Shown here: positions 42,278-52,362 of the stretch, piece by piece
How the letters are laid out: each line of letters begins with the position of its first letter
Numbering within the stretch: the first letter of the stretch is position 1
Position numbers and translations under genes: made by a program
Notes under the pieces: generated by a model
The model's input: only the letters and a program-made list of their open reading frames with translations
Told to the model about the DNA's origin: nothing
Database searches by the model: none
NCBI GenBank assembly: GCA_964230645.1
Contig: CAXRHT010000001.1
Span: 352,001 to 416,000, forward strand
Direction: 5' to 3'
Origin: Bdellovibrionales bacterium
GTDB taxonomy: Bacteria > Bdellovibrionota > Bdellovibrionia > Bdellovibrionales > JAGQZY01
Length of the DNA: 64,000 nucleotides

Positions 42278-45200
42278 TTAACGTCTCTGCTGCTCCATCA
42301 AGAATTTTACCTGCTCTTTAAGCTCATCGAGCTCTCCACGTAGTTTTTGGTTCTCCGTTTTCAACTGTTTCATTTCATCTTTCAGTTTGACATCTTCACC
42401 CTTAAGGCTTGCGATGTCACGTTTGTTCTGAACCACTAAATCTTGCATGCGAGCAAGGTCTTCTTTTGTCGCCATACAAGCGCCTGCAAGGTCTTGCACC
42501 GCATTCACCGTCGCCCAGTGGATAGGATCCACATCAAGCTCATAAAAGCCGTCCTCTCTTTGTCTAATAGCTTCTGGGATGACGTCCATCACTTCCTGAG
42601 CGATGAAACCTACGACTTCCTTGTCGCTGGGTAGACCTAGAGGGTTACCTTCCTTGTAATTGAATCGTACTGTTCGAAGTTTTAGAATTTCTTCAAGACC
42701 ATATTGATAGTCACCATGAATATCTTTTAATCTTCGGTCAGAGGTATTGATCCAGGCCGTTCCTGTACTTTTACCAGCGTCTCCTTGAACTTCCAAGGCA
42801 TAAGAAGGAGTTGTTGTCCCAATTCCCACATTACCTGAGGGGCTAAAAGCCATTGCGTAGTCACCTGTAGTTTCGTTGTGCACGTAAAGCGAGTCATCAG
42901 AAAATCCTGCCGTCTGCAGCAACCAGGTTTGGTCACTATTCTCCAGTCTCAAGGTTGCATTACCTGTAGCGATTCCAGATGATAAAGTGGAGGTGGCGTT
43001 CCCTGAACCATCATAAATATGAAGTTGATATCCAGGATTGGATGTTCCTACACCAATATTACCCGCAAAATAGTTCATGTCATCAGAACCATCCTGATAA
43101 AACCCGTAGGTGGAATCTCCTTGTAGGTTTCCTGCATAAAATCCGATAGCTCGGGTGATTGTTCCTCCGCCGAGGTTTGAATTTGTTGCATAGTAATTAT
43201 ACGCGCCCGTCATTGATCCGCTCGAAGAGTTGTGAATTGCCGAAATGTTTCCGAGTGAAAGTCCAAGAGCTCCAGAGCCAGCATGTTCGATGTGACCAAA
43301 ATATCCACTCAGGCTAGAAACATTACCTGTGCCAGCGAGTGTTGTTTCGACGAAGGAACCACCTAAGGCACCACCAGTCAAAGAATTGTTTCCAGTGCCG
43401 TGAACGGCAATTTTACTTCCAAAGTATTCAGTGGCCGTTCCATCAGTGCTTGGGCTTACGTTCATTGTCGTATTATTAAGAAAGTGGTCTCCACCATCGG
43501 CGACAGTCACATCATCATAAACATGAAAACGATTGTCTGGGTCTGTTGTACCAATTCCCACGTTCCCATTAAATTCAATTTCACTGTTTAAGGCATCGAC
43601 TAAAATTTCATTATTGGCCCCAATCTTTACGTTTCCACCAAAAGGGTTTAATTGAAATTGGGATGCTAGGCCACTAACTGAAGCCTGAAGCTCATTGCCA
43701 TCGACACGAACTCGAGTTGAGCCTTGATCTATGACTAAACTCCCCCCAATATCGGCGGCGGAGATATCGGTCCCCGAGGCAATATGCAGTTTTCCATCAG
43801 GTGCCGAAGTTCCTATTCCAACATTTCCCGTACTATTAAGTGTCATTCGCTCAGAACCATTGGTGGCAAAAGACAATGTGTCGGCCGAAGAAGTGAATAG
43901 TCCTGTATCTGGATCTCCTTGAAACCCGATGCCTACAGCTCCGGCCGATCCTGCACTGGCATTCAATTGTCCTGTTGAACTGATAGAGGCCACCTCTGAA
44001 CCATTGGTCTGGAAGCTCACGCCCCCATCGCCTCCGGAATTGTCCGAGTCGGAATTTATAACGTAGTTTCCTGTCGTGGCCGATGAAGATGTTTCCGTAG
44101 CCGATATGTTAGTAAGACCCGATCCGTCCCCTATAAAACTTGTGGCCCTTACTGTGCCACTAACATGCAGACGTGAGTTTGGATTATCAGTACCAATACC
44201 AACATCACCACTCGTATCAATGGTCATGCGAGTGTTATTATTCGTTCGAAGTTGTAATTCATGATTCGTCATTGATCCCGCAAAAGCAGCACCTTGACTA
44301 CTACTTCCCATAATAAAAGAAATATTATTAGTGACATCGCGACCTAAAAAGTAGGCCCTTCCGTCTCCTTCAACGGCGATCGTTGAGGCTCTTTGAATAT
44401 CAGTCGTCAATCCAGGAGTGTCCTCCACAGGAGCCCCGGTGTTTGAAACCGTGAATTGATAATTCGGTTCCGTTGTCCCAATGCCGACTCTTCCGTTACC
44501 TCTAATATTCATACGAACGGGTGAGGATTCCCACCCACCATCAACGGCGCCAGTCCTAAAAGCAATTCCATTATCTTGTGCAGCACTTGCTGCAATATTA
44601 AGAGCATTGTTTGTTCCAGGTACTGAATCATCACTGAGCCAAATTCCTGCGAGTTCTTCGTTACCATCTTGTTTGAAAATTAAATAGGGATTGTCACTAT
44701 CATTACTATTATCTGTATCTGCTGAAATATAGACTTTGGCATCCCCGGAAGCTCCCGCAGAAACTTCAAGCAAGCCATCAGGAGCCGTTGTACCGATTCC
44801 CAAGTTGCCATCTTTGGTGAGTCTCATCCATTCTTCGTAGCTTGTACTACTCGTGCTTGCTCCAAAAACCATATCACCCACATAGGAAGTCGACAAATCA
44901 GGGACAAACCCGACATATCCGAGCGCATAAGAACTTGAGGAATCACTTCCTCCAAACTCGATTAAAGAAGCGGCACCGGCGGTGTCTCCTGCATTCTTAA
45001 ATTTAACTCTTTCACCAGCAGGGGCTCTTAGAGTTCCTGAGGAAGGGCTATAGAGGTCGGTGCTCTCATAGGAAACATAGAGTTTTTCAGAAGCCGTCTG
45101 CGTTCCAATCCCTACATTTCCAGAGGCATTGATCAAAAGACTTTGAGTTCCAGCATTGGAAAAAGCGATTTCGTTGGTCCCGGAAAGAAAAATTCCCGAA

Positions 45201-48200
45201 TCCGAGTCGTTATTAAAAGAAATTCCAGGAGTGGCTGCCGTACCATCAGCCGCCAAAAATGATCCAGTCATCGGTACAGAACCATTGGCCAGAAAGTCTC
45301 CTCCACCACCCCAGCCACTAGAAATATCGCGACAGTTCGCTCCACTCTCATCACAAATTTGCTCAGCTCGCACGGTGCCTGCGACATCCAATTCTGATGC
45401 AGGGGCGGTTGTTCCAATTCCAACATTTCCCTGTTCGTCAATTCTCATAGCTTCAACCAAGTTCGAACCCGTAGATGTATGAAAAGCTAGAAACCCGCTC
45501 GTAGAGTCGGACGAGTATCCTCTCGCCCTTGCGTATTCAAACCCTTCTGACTGAAAATGAATATTGCTCGTATTTGGGGAGGTACCGGTATTATTTAATG
45601 TCACTGAGGTTGGGGTACTTCCCTGGCCTTCAAGATGCAGGCGTGTACTAGGAGACGTCGTTCCAATCCCGACATTGCCTGAGGCATTAACTCTCACTCT
45701 TTCAGTGTCATTCGTTGTAAATACTATGTCATCATTGTTATTTGTTTTTAATTCGATATCCGAGTCTGAACTAAAGATTCTAACCACACCATTGGTGTTA
45801 AAGCCGAAGTACCTTGTGAGAGCAGGGTCTTGAATTCGTTCAGTGTACACTCTTCCAGCAAAAGTGGCGTCTTGAGAAGTATCAAAGCTTAGGGCTGTGG
45901 TGTTGTTTGATTCCAAGGCGAGAGTGCTATCGTTGGAACCAACGACAACAGCACCAGAATTACCACCATTGAGAAGATCACCGCTGCTACCACCACCGAT
46001 AAGGTCCACATAAGCTCCATTATTTTCTGATACTCTGAACTTATTAGCTGTAGAATCAAAATATATACGTCCTTGTCCGGCAGGAGAAACCGTTGGCGAG
46101 GCCATTCCACGAGTAGTAAGCGCACCATCAACATCTAACAGTGTGCTTGGGGTTGTTGTCCCGATTCCAACATTACCACTTGAATCAATACGAACTCTTT
46201 CGCTACCACCCGTGGAGAGCCCTAAGCTGTCAGCAGCTCCTCTAAAAACTCCCGTGTCCTCATCACCATCAAAAGTGACCGATGGATTCGCTGCCGAACC
46301 GTTAGTGGCTTCAAAGATACCCGTCATGGGCACGCTTCCGTCAGCAAGGAAGTCTCCTCCACCACCCCAGCCACTAGAAATGTCTCTACAGTTAGCACCA
46401 CTTTCATCACAAATTTGTTCAGCTCTTACTGTTCCCGCCACATCAAGTTTTGATGCGGGGGAAACTCTACCGATACCGACATTTCCTTCGCTCGTTATTC
46501 TGAGTTTTTCCGTAGGTAAATTACCATCGGAAGCGGTCTCGAAAATAAGCGCACTGTCTCTATCAGTGGTATCGTTTGTTTGGGTATTTTCCCAAATGGC
46601 TCCGACTCTCCCGGCAGCGGCCACATTGTCGTTAGTGTACCCCTCCAAAGAAAAAATGACACTGGCGCCAAAACCGTTGCCAGGTGCAGTGGTTGAGGAT
46701 CTTTTTCGTATCAATCTTAGAGCATTTCTTATTCCATTATCATCATCAATTCTCTCAAACGAGGGGGCTGAACCAGGACCATTTGAAATCGTGTTTAACA
46801 CTCCATCAGGATTCGTGGTTCCAATCCCTACCTGACCTGTTGTATCTATCGTCACAGCTGCCGCACTGTTTGTGATCAAATTGAGTTCTTGTCCATTACT
46901 GGTTCCAATATTGAGTGATGCGGCTGGCGAATTTCCTCCGTCAATAATATAGCCGTCATCAGCAATAATCGCTTCAACTTCGGCATTTGATAAAACAAAA
47001 TTCGAACGAGTCATTTTACGGAGACCGCCAGCGGAAACGTCGTAGATTAAGATCTCGTCTCCAGTGGCCACTGCGGCTTCAGGAGTTTCATTCGTGAAGT
47101 CCACATGAACGCCTGTTCCATCGACGGTGATGGCATCTCCTCCAACCACCTCAACGTCATCGGCATTTACGTTGATCCCGTTTCCAGCTCCCACGGCTAG
47201 AGTGCGATCAGCGGATAAATCCCCACCTCCGGTGAGTCCGTCTCCTGAGGCTATCGATCTTGTCGATGAAACTTTTGCGCCTTCTAATTCTACAAGAGCG
47301 TCCTGAAGTGTTGTCGCCGTTAAAGGAGTGGTTCCAACAGGAATAGCGGTCGGATCAAAAGCACTTTCTGTGAGAGTTAAAGTCACATCATCAGTGGTCG
47401 AGGAAACGATAATCTTTCCGTTGGCTGAATCGAGAGTTTTAAACTCAAGATCCACCCCATTTTTGGCTTTAAAAATTCCCTCGCCAGAACCTACATTGAT
47501 TCCGTCATTAACTTCTCCGCCAGCGGCTGTTCCAAAGGCTGTCCAAGTAGAGCCATCACAAAATGAAACGGACCCTCCGACATACTTTAAAGTTCCTTCT
47601 TTTGTACCGTCACAGAGTGCCAAATCATCACCGATCTGTACACCACCAGCTACTTGAAGTTGTGAGGTTGGTGCAGAAGTGCCAATCCCAACTTGCCCCG
47701 ATTTTAAGACATTAAAAACATCACCATCACCACTATCTACAGAACTGATCATCAAGGCTGATCCAGTGGATTCTCCAGAAAGTGAAATTTCCAATTTTCC
47801 TTCAGGAGTTGTTTCATCAAAACCAAAGTTACCTGATCGATTCATTTTGAAAAACGAAACAACGGAGCTATTATTTAATATCTCGAACGCCAATTCACCA
47901 TCATCTTTATTGGTGTTATCAGCTCCGCTGAGAGAATAAATTCTAGCGATTCGATTCCCATCCCAGTCGAAATCAATAAGACCAGTGGGCGAGTAAGAAT
48001 TCGTTCTTGCACCATCCAAAGTTATTTTTGGAGCACTATCTCCCGTTTCGCGGAGTAAAATCTCTGAATTACTGTTAGACTCAATGTGCAGCTGCTCTGT
48101 TGGCACCGTCGTCCCAATTCCTACATTTCCCGAATCATTAATTCGAACGGCTTCAGAATCATCAACATTGAAAGACAGGTAAGAGTTGGCTTGTAAGTTT

Positions 48201-50650
48201 CCAACGTCGGCCGAGATAGTTAGAGTGCCTTCATTCACAGTTCTCAGTGAAGAAGAAGCACCCGTGTCCGAATCTTTAAGCCTTAGCTCTGGCGCATTAT
48301 TCTCTATATGTAATAAGCTCTCAGGCGAAGAGGTTCCAATTCCCACTCGGCCATTAGCTCCCAGAATGGTTAAACCATCTTCTACATTCGGTTGAGTTCC
48401 ATCGTCTGATGCAAGAAGGCTAATGCCCTCATCAGTGAATCGTATGTCTCGTCGGTTTCCAGAGTTTGAAGTGGCGATGGTACCAGGTGATCCGCCCGGA
48501 GATGAGAACGTTATCGATCCAGTGGAACTACCAGGGTTATTAAGTTGCAAAGCTCCATTAGTTCCAAGAGTCATGGAATTAATATTATTGGATTCAAACC
48601 TCAGTTCGGCATCATCGGAACCCACGGTGACTGAGCCGCTGTTTCCACCATTTATTAGATAACCGTTATTGGAAACAAACGAGTCCACTTCCGTTTCCGA
48701 ACGAACAAAGTTGTCTCGACTCATCTCTTTTAAATTACCCGAGTCAGAGTTATCTCGAATTAATAGCGAATCTAAAGACTCTACCACTGTCTCGTTAGGT
48801 GTACCCGCAATGTCTACGTGGACTCCTGATGCGTCCACCCGGATTCCTTCACCAGGATTGACACTCACGTCGTCCGCATTGACTGTGATTCCATCTCCGG
48901 CCCCTACGTCAAAGCTTCTATTAGCAGTTAAATCTCCACCACCTGTTAATCCTGAGCCAGCGCTTAAATCCACAGTGTTTGAAACGTAATCAGACGGATT
49001 TTTATCAACCCAACTTAAAACTCCAGCGCCACTTGTTTGTAGCACCTGTCCCGCACCACCATCGTCGTCAGGTAGAGTCCAAACAAAAGAAGCCGGTGCA
49101 TTGATCGTTGCAGGGGATCTAAAACCGACGTATTTCGTGGTTGTGTCTTGAAATCGCAATTCTGTAGGCGTGCCTCCACTAAGATCCATAAGCAAATTGC
49201 CATTCATGGAGTCACCACTTTTTGCTAATTTTTCATTACTGAGTTCTTCAATAGCTCCTTGAACCTCTGTTGCGGTGTCCACGTCGCCACCAAATGTGTT
49301 GTCAAAATTTATTTGGTTCGCATCGTAGTCTCCTGCGGTTGCGACAACATTTCCTGTCCTTCCAAAAACTTGGGTAACTCCAGCGTTAACGTCCTGCCAA
49401 CTCAACACACCACTTCCATCGGTTTGTAGGTACTGCCCAGGATCTCCGTCACTGTCTGGTAGTGTTAGATTAACAATTGAGGTCAAACTTGCTGGGGCTT
49501 TTAGAGAAACATACTCAGATCCATTACCCGTGTTCTCAGAAAACCTTACTTCATTTTCGTTAGAAAGAATGACCGGGCCTGCGGAATTGATACCGTTCGT
49601 AACACCAATTCCTCCACTCACAGTCAGATCATTCCCCACCGTGGCGTCTAAGGTAACGCTTAAATTATTTCCCACACCTAAATCGTTACTTGCTGAAATA
49701 TTATTATTGGCCAAAACATCATTGGCGTTTAATAGATTCTGATTTCCCATGTCGATGGAACCGGTCATGGTGCCACCAGCAATGGGAAGCTTTGTGACAT
49801 CGTCAATGACCTCAGAGTTCCACTGACTACCATCCCAAGTTAAAACCTGTCCATCCTCACCGACTCCCAGAGCATCGAGATCAGAGCTATTAACTTGTTG
49901 TCCTCCGATATAGCTGTTGGCGTATCCCACATTAACAGCATCGGAATCAACCAAAGGATCTGGGTCCGCTAAATTCACAATCTTTTGATTGTTATTATTT
50001 ACGTCTGTTGTGGGTGCACCGGCTGTAAAACTTGCGCTGCTCCCATCGAGGAGAGCTTGTAATTCGCTCCAATTGGCATCGCTAAATACAAATTCAAGAT
50101 TGTTCTGATCCAGATTAAAACCTGTTCCAGAATTGATTGTTAAAATTTCACTCGCACTCAAACCATTAAGACTCGAGGCATTGCTTGCGTAAGGCACGCT
50201 CACCACGTTGTGATCTTGGGCAAGAGTGACTGGACCTGAGCCATCATCAAAAGTCAGACGCAGTTTTCGACCATCACTTGGGTCCGCCGTGTAATTGGGT
50301 CCCAGTGCACAAGTTGTCGGAGCGACCATTCCAATGGAATTGTCGAGAGCATCCGCCAAGCTAGTTAGGTCTTCGTAGGAACCATCACCTGGCTTCACAC
50401 CCTCCCCGACAGTTAGGCTAAAAATCCCATTAGAGTTTGTCATATTCACGGTATGACTTTCTTTGTACAAAACACAAAGCTCAGGCTCTGGTGAAAGAAT
50501 TTCTAGGGTGAATTGCACGGAATTGGATTCCAAGGCTTGGCCATTGGGTTTGATAATCTGGCCTTGATAGGTAAATTTCGCCGGAGCAGCAAATGCAGAG
50601 CTTAACCCGATCAGGCTAGTTAGAAAAAGAACAAAAACTTTAACGTGCAC
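42278..50650 (-). CDS. Secreted tail-fibre-like trimeric adhesin with C-terminal peptidase S74 chaperone (Bdellovibrio MAT-like), 2790 aa
   Basis: Signal peptide ...SSAFA; FTYQGQIIKPNG N-terminal domain; many GNVGIGT repeats; SDRRLKDI and GFIAQEV S74 motifs; terminal coiled coil. Confidence 0.88.
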   Translation of the reverse strand: MHVKVFVLFLTSLIGLSSAFAAPAKFTYQGQIIKPNGQALESNSVQFTLEILSPEPELCVLYKESHTVNMTNSNGIFSLTVGEGVKPGDGSYEDLTSLADALDNSIGMVAPTTCALGPNYTADPSDGRKLRLTFDDGSGPVTLAQDHNVVSVPYASNASSLNGLSASEILTINSGTGFNLDQNNLEFVFSDANWSELQALLDGSSASFTAGAPTTDVNNNNQKIVNLADPDPLVDSDAVNVGYANSYIGGQQVNSSDLDALGVGEDGQVLTWDGSQWNSEVIDDVTKLPIAGGTMTGSIDMGNQNLLNANDVLANNNISASNDLGVGNNLSVTLDATVGNDLTVSGGIGVTNGINSAGPVILSNENEVRFSENTGNGSEYVSLKAPASLTSIVNLTLPDSDGDPGQYLQTDGSGVLSWQDVNAGVTQVFGRTGNVVATAGDYDANQINFDNTFGGDVDTATEVQGAIEELSNEKLAKSGDSMNGNLLMDLSGGTPTELRFQDTTTKYVGFRSPATINAPASFVWTLPDDDGGAGQVLQTSGAGVLSWVDKNPSDYVSNTVDLSAGSGLTGGGDLTANRSFDVGAGDGITVNADDVSVNPGEGIRVDASGVHVDIAGTPNETVVESLDSLLIRDNSDSGNLKEMSRDNFVRSETEVDSFVSNNGYLINGGNSGSVTVGSDDAELRFESNNINSMTLGTNGALQLNNPGSSTGSITFSSPGGSPGTIATSNSGNRRDIRFTDEGISLLASDDGTQPNVEDGLTILGANGRVGIGTSSPESLLHIENNAPELRLKDSDTGASSSLRTVNEGTLTISADVGNLQANSYLSFNVDDSEAVRINDSGNVGIGTTVPTEQLHIESNSNSEILLRETGDSAPKITLDGARTNSYSPTGLIDFDWDGNRIARIYSLSGADNTNKDDGELAFEILNNSSVVSFFKMNRSGNFGFDETTPEGKLEISLSGESTGSALMISSVDSGDGDVFNVLKSGQVGIGTSAPTSQLQVAGGVQIGDDLALCDGTKEGTLKYVGGSVSFCDGSTWTAFGTAAGGEVNDGINVGSGEGIFKAKNGVDLEFKTLDSANGKIIVSSTTDDVTLTLTESAFDPTAIPVGTTPLTATTLQDALVELEGAKVSSTRSIASGDGLTGGGDLSADRTLAVGAGNGINVNADDVEVVGGDAITVDGTGVHVDFTNETPEAAVATGDEILIYDVSAGGLRKMTRSNFVLSNAEVEAIIADDGYIIDGGNSPAASLNIGTSNGQELNLITNSAAAVTIDTTGQVGIGTTNPDGVLNTISNGPGSAPSFERIDDDNGIRNALRLIRKRSSTTAPGNGFGASVIFSLEGYTNDNVAAAGRVGAIWENTQTNDTTDRDSALIFETASDGNLPTEKLRITSEGNVGIGRVSPASKLDVAGTVRAEQICDESGANCRDISSGWGGGGDFLADGSVPMTGIFEATNGSAANPSVTFDGDEDTGVFRGAADSLGLSTGGSERVRIDSSGNVGIGTTTPSTLLDVDGALTTRGMASPTVSPAGQGRIYFDSTANKFRVSENNGAYVDLIGGGSSGDLLNGGNSGAVVVGSNDSTLALESNNTTALSFDTSQDATFAGRVYTERIQDPALTRYFGFNTNGVVRIFSSDSDIELKTNNNDDIVFTTNDTERVRVNASGNVGIGTTSPSTRLHLEGQGSTPTSVTLNNTGTSPNTSNIHFQSEGFEYARARGYSSDSTSGFLAFHTSTGSNLVEAMRIDEQGNVGIGTTAPASELDVAGTVRAEQICDESGANCRDISSGWGGGGDFLANGSVPMTGSFLAADGTAATPGISFNNDSDSGIFLSGTNEIAFSNAGTQSLLINASGNVGIGTQTASEKLYVSYESTDLYSPSSGTLRAPAGERVKFKNAGDTAGAASLIEFGGSDSSSSYALGYVGFVPDLSTSYVGDMVFGASTSSTSYEEWMRLTKDGNLGIGTTAPDGLLEVSAGASGDAKVYISADTDNSNDSDNPYLIFKQDGNEELAGIWLSDDSVPGTNNALNIAASAAQDNGIAFRTGAVDGGWESSPVRMNIRGNGRVGIGTTEPNYQFTVSNTGAPVEDTPGLTTDIQRASTIAVEGDGRAYFLGRDVTNNISFIMGSSSQGAAFAGSMTNHELQLRTNNNTRMTIDTSGDVGIGTDNPNSRLHVSGTVRATSFIGDGSGLTNISATETSSSATTGNYVINSDSDNSGGDGGVSFQTNGSEVASISSTGQLNASAGSAGAVGIGFQGDPDTGLFTSSADTLSFATNGSERMTLNSTGNVGIGTSAPDGKLHIASGTDISAADIGGSLVIDQGSTRVRVDGNELQASVSGLASQFQLNPFGGNVKIGANNEILVDALNSEIEFNGNVGIGTTDPDNRFHVYDDVTVADGGDHFLNNTTMNVSPSTDGTATEYFGSKIAVHGTGNNSLTGGALGGSFVETTLAGTGNVSSLSGYFGHIEHAGSGALGLSLGNISAIHNSSSGSMTGAYNYYATNSNLGGGTITRAIGFYAGNLQGDSTYGFYQDGSDDMNYFAGNIGVGTSNPGYQLHIYDGSGNATSTLSSGIATGNATLRLENSDQTWLLQTAGFSDDSLYVHNETTGDYAMAFSPSGNVGIGTTTPSYALEVQGDAGKSTGTAWINTSDRRLKDIHGDYQYGLEEILKLRTVRFNYKEGNPLGLPSDKEVVGFIAQEVMDVIPEAIRQREDGFYELDVDPIHWATVNAVQDLAGACMATKEDLARMQDLVVQNKRDIASLKGEDVKLKDEMKQLKTENQKLRGELDELKEQVKFLMEQQRR

Positions 50651-50657
50651 ATATAGG

Positions 50658-50690
50658 TATCGGCAAGGAGGCGAAAAGATAAAGCCTTAA
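50658..50690 (-). promoter_or_regulatory. Putative sigma28 (FliA)-type promoter
   Basis: Minus strand TTTA-N15-GCCGATAC ends about 7 nt before the fibre GTG start. Confidence 0.45.
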
Positions 50691-50995
50691 AGTATGATTT
50701 TTATACGAAATAATTCAAATTCATCTCATTTGTTTACAACTGAGACCACGCAACTTCTGATAGCACGATTTTTAAAGAGGAAGGTCTAGGTCAATTGAAT
50801 CATTATGTTACAAAATATTAAATAACAAGAAACTTGAGATGCGAAAAAGTTAAACGCTATTTTTTAAACTCTTCTCAAAACAACACGTCGAACTTATTAA
50901 CGCATTCAAAAAGTTTTACACTCAAATCGAACTGAGCCCCCTTTGAATTGGCCCTCATTTTGCTTCTATAAAACATATCAACAAAAGAGGGAAAA

Positions 50996-51427
50996 ATGAA
51001 AAATCTAGTTCTAATTTTGGCTTCACTATTCGTATGCAACTCTGCATTCTCCCACACAGGTGAAAAAACTTGTGATGATAAAAAGATGTTCCTAAGAGAT
51101 ATTTGTAAAGCTCAAGATTTAAAAGGAAGTGTGGCTCTCTTTAGTGAATGTGCTAACGGTTTTGACTACGAGATTTCAACTAAAGATGCCGTTGTCGAGT
51201 CAGACTTTGTAACGACTGATATTTCTTGCAAAATGGTAGAGATCAGAAAACAAGATGGTATCGAAACTCGTACAGCTTATTTCGACCAGTCTAACAATAA
51301 GGTTGTTGTTTACCAACACGACAACGGACTGGCTAATGCCTATGTTTACGGACAGACAGGCTATTACCACATCACCCAGTTTGCCAGTGGTGATTCAATA
51401 TTTAACTTTCACAGTTTCGAAAATTAA
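50996..51427 (+). CDS. Hypothetical secreted protein
   Basis: GAGG SD, signal peptide MKNLVLILASLFVCNSAFS, and its own terminator. Confidence 0.7.
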   Translation: MKNLVLILASLFVCNSAFSHTGEKTCDDKKMFLRDICKAQDLKGSVALFSECANGFDYEISTKDAVVESDFVTTDISCKMVEIRKQDGIETRTAYFDQSNNKVVVYQHDNGLANAYVYGQTGYYHITQFASGDSIFNFHSFEN

Positions 51428-51463
51428 TTTTCGAACGATTAGAGATTCTAGGGTTTAAGGTAT

Positions 51464-51495
51464 AGCCACTCATGTTTCATGAGTGGCTTTTTTTT
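51464..51495 (+). terminator. Intrinsic terminator
   Basis: agccactcatg-ttt-catgagtggct followed by a T run. Confidence 0.85.
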
Positions 51496-51498
51496 ATT

Positions 51499-52362
51499 TT
51501 AAATTCCGACCGGATGCCAAATGGTTTTTGATTCGGTAAATGCAACAAGGCTCTCAAGCCCCTGATTTTCAAACTGCCAGTTCACGGTTCGTTTCATATT
51601 GTCACAGGCCCACTCTTTAAAACGAGAAAACCTCTCTTGAGATTCAGAATCGCACAATATGGAATGCACTTCCATATGTTGACCGAGATGAGACTCTAAC
51701 TCTTCAAGACTTCCTGAAAGAAGATTGACGACTCCCCCTGGCAGGTCTGAGGTTTTAAAAATCTCACCAAGCTCAGAGAGTAAAACAGCCCCGGGTGCCT
51801 CCATGATACAAACACATGTGTTACCTGATGCAATCACGCTCGCTATTTGCGAGAAAAAACGGGGAAGAGAAAATTCTTGATCCGATACAATACCGACAAC
51901 ACCGACGGGTTCAGGAGTGGTAAAGTTATGAAAGGGCCCACTCACCGGATTCACCGAAGCCATAACCTGAGAGTACTTATCGGCAAAACCAGCGTAAAAA
52001 ACTAAAGTATCAATGGCCTCATCAAATTTCCGCTCGGCTTTTTCATCACTTCGACCCATCACAAGTGTTAAAGCATTTAAGACCTCTTCTTTTTTACCCT
52101 GTAGCATCTCAGCCATACGATAAAGAATCTGGGCTCGGTTATAGGCTGTTCTACCCGACCATCCGCCCAAGGCATTTTTTGCTTTTTCCACGGCATTGCG
52201 AACGTCTTTTCTCGATGATTGGCAAAGATGGGCATACAAGGTCTTACCGTCCGTTTGAAAGACGGGAAAACTTCGGCCAGATTCCGTGCGAGGAAACTCG
52301 CCACCAATATAGAGCTTTGTTGTTTTAACGACTGTTTGGGATGTTTTATCTAAACCCGCCAT
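51499..52362 (-). CDS. Short ALDH-family protein (NAD-binding-like half; second part of a split ALDH16-like enzyme)
   Basis: KLYIGGEFPRTESGR, EPVGVVG, LPGGVVNLLSG; no ELGGK or catalytic Cys segment. Confidence 0.75.
   Translation of the reverse strand: MAGLDKTSQTVVKTTKLYIGGEFPRTESGRSFPVFQTDGKTLYAHLCQSSRKDVRNAVEKAKNALGGWSGRTAYNRAQILYRMAEMLQGKKEEVLNALTLVMGRSDEKAERKFDEAIDTLVFYAGFADKYSQVMASVNPVSGPFHNFTTPEPVGVVGIVSDQEFSLPRFFSQIASVIASGNTCVCIMEAPGAVLLSELGEIFKTSDLPGGVVNLLSGSLEELESHLGQHMEVHSILCDSESQERFSRFKEWACDNMKRTVNWQFENQGLESLVAFTESKTIWHPVGI

Noticed and set aside
45265..46445. DGR template/variable repeat pair in the fibre
   Set aside because: Differences are essentially synonymous and not adenine-specific; no reverse transcriptase in the window.
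43400..49742. Many + strand ORFs up to 230 aa opposite the fibre gene, and similar shadow ORFs elsewhere
   Set aside because: Antisense shadows of well-supported genes.
42278..50650. Prophage or tailocin
   Set aside because: The gene has a Sec signal peptide, and no capsid, terminase, tail, lysis or integrase genes are nearby.
51499..52362. Short ALDH as a pseudogene
   Set aside because: Uninterrupted ORF, translationally coupled to the upstream ALDH, with a coherent C-terminus; better explained as a split partner domain.
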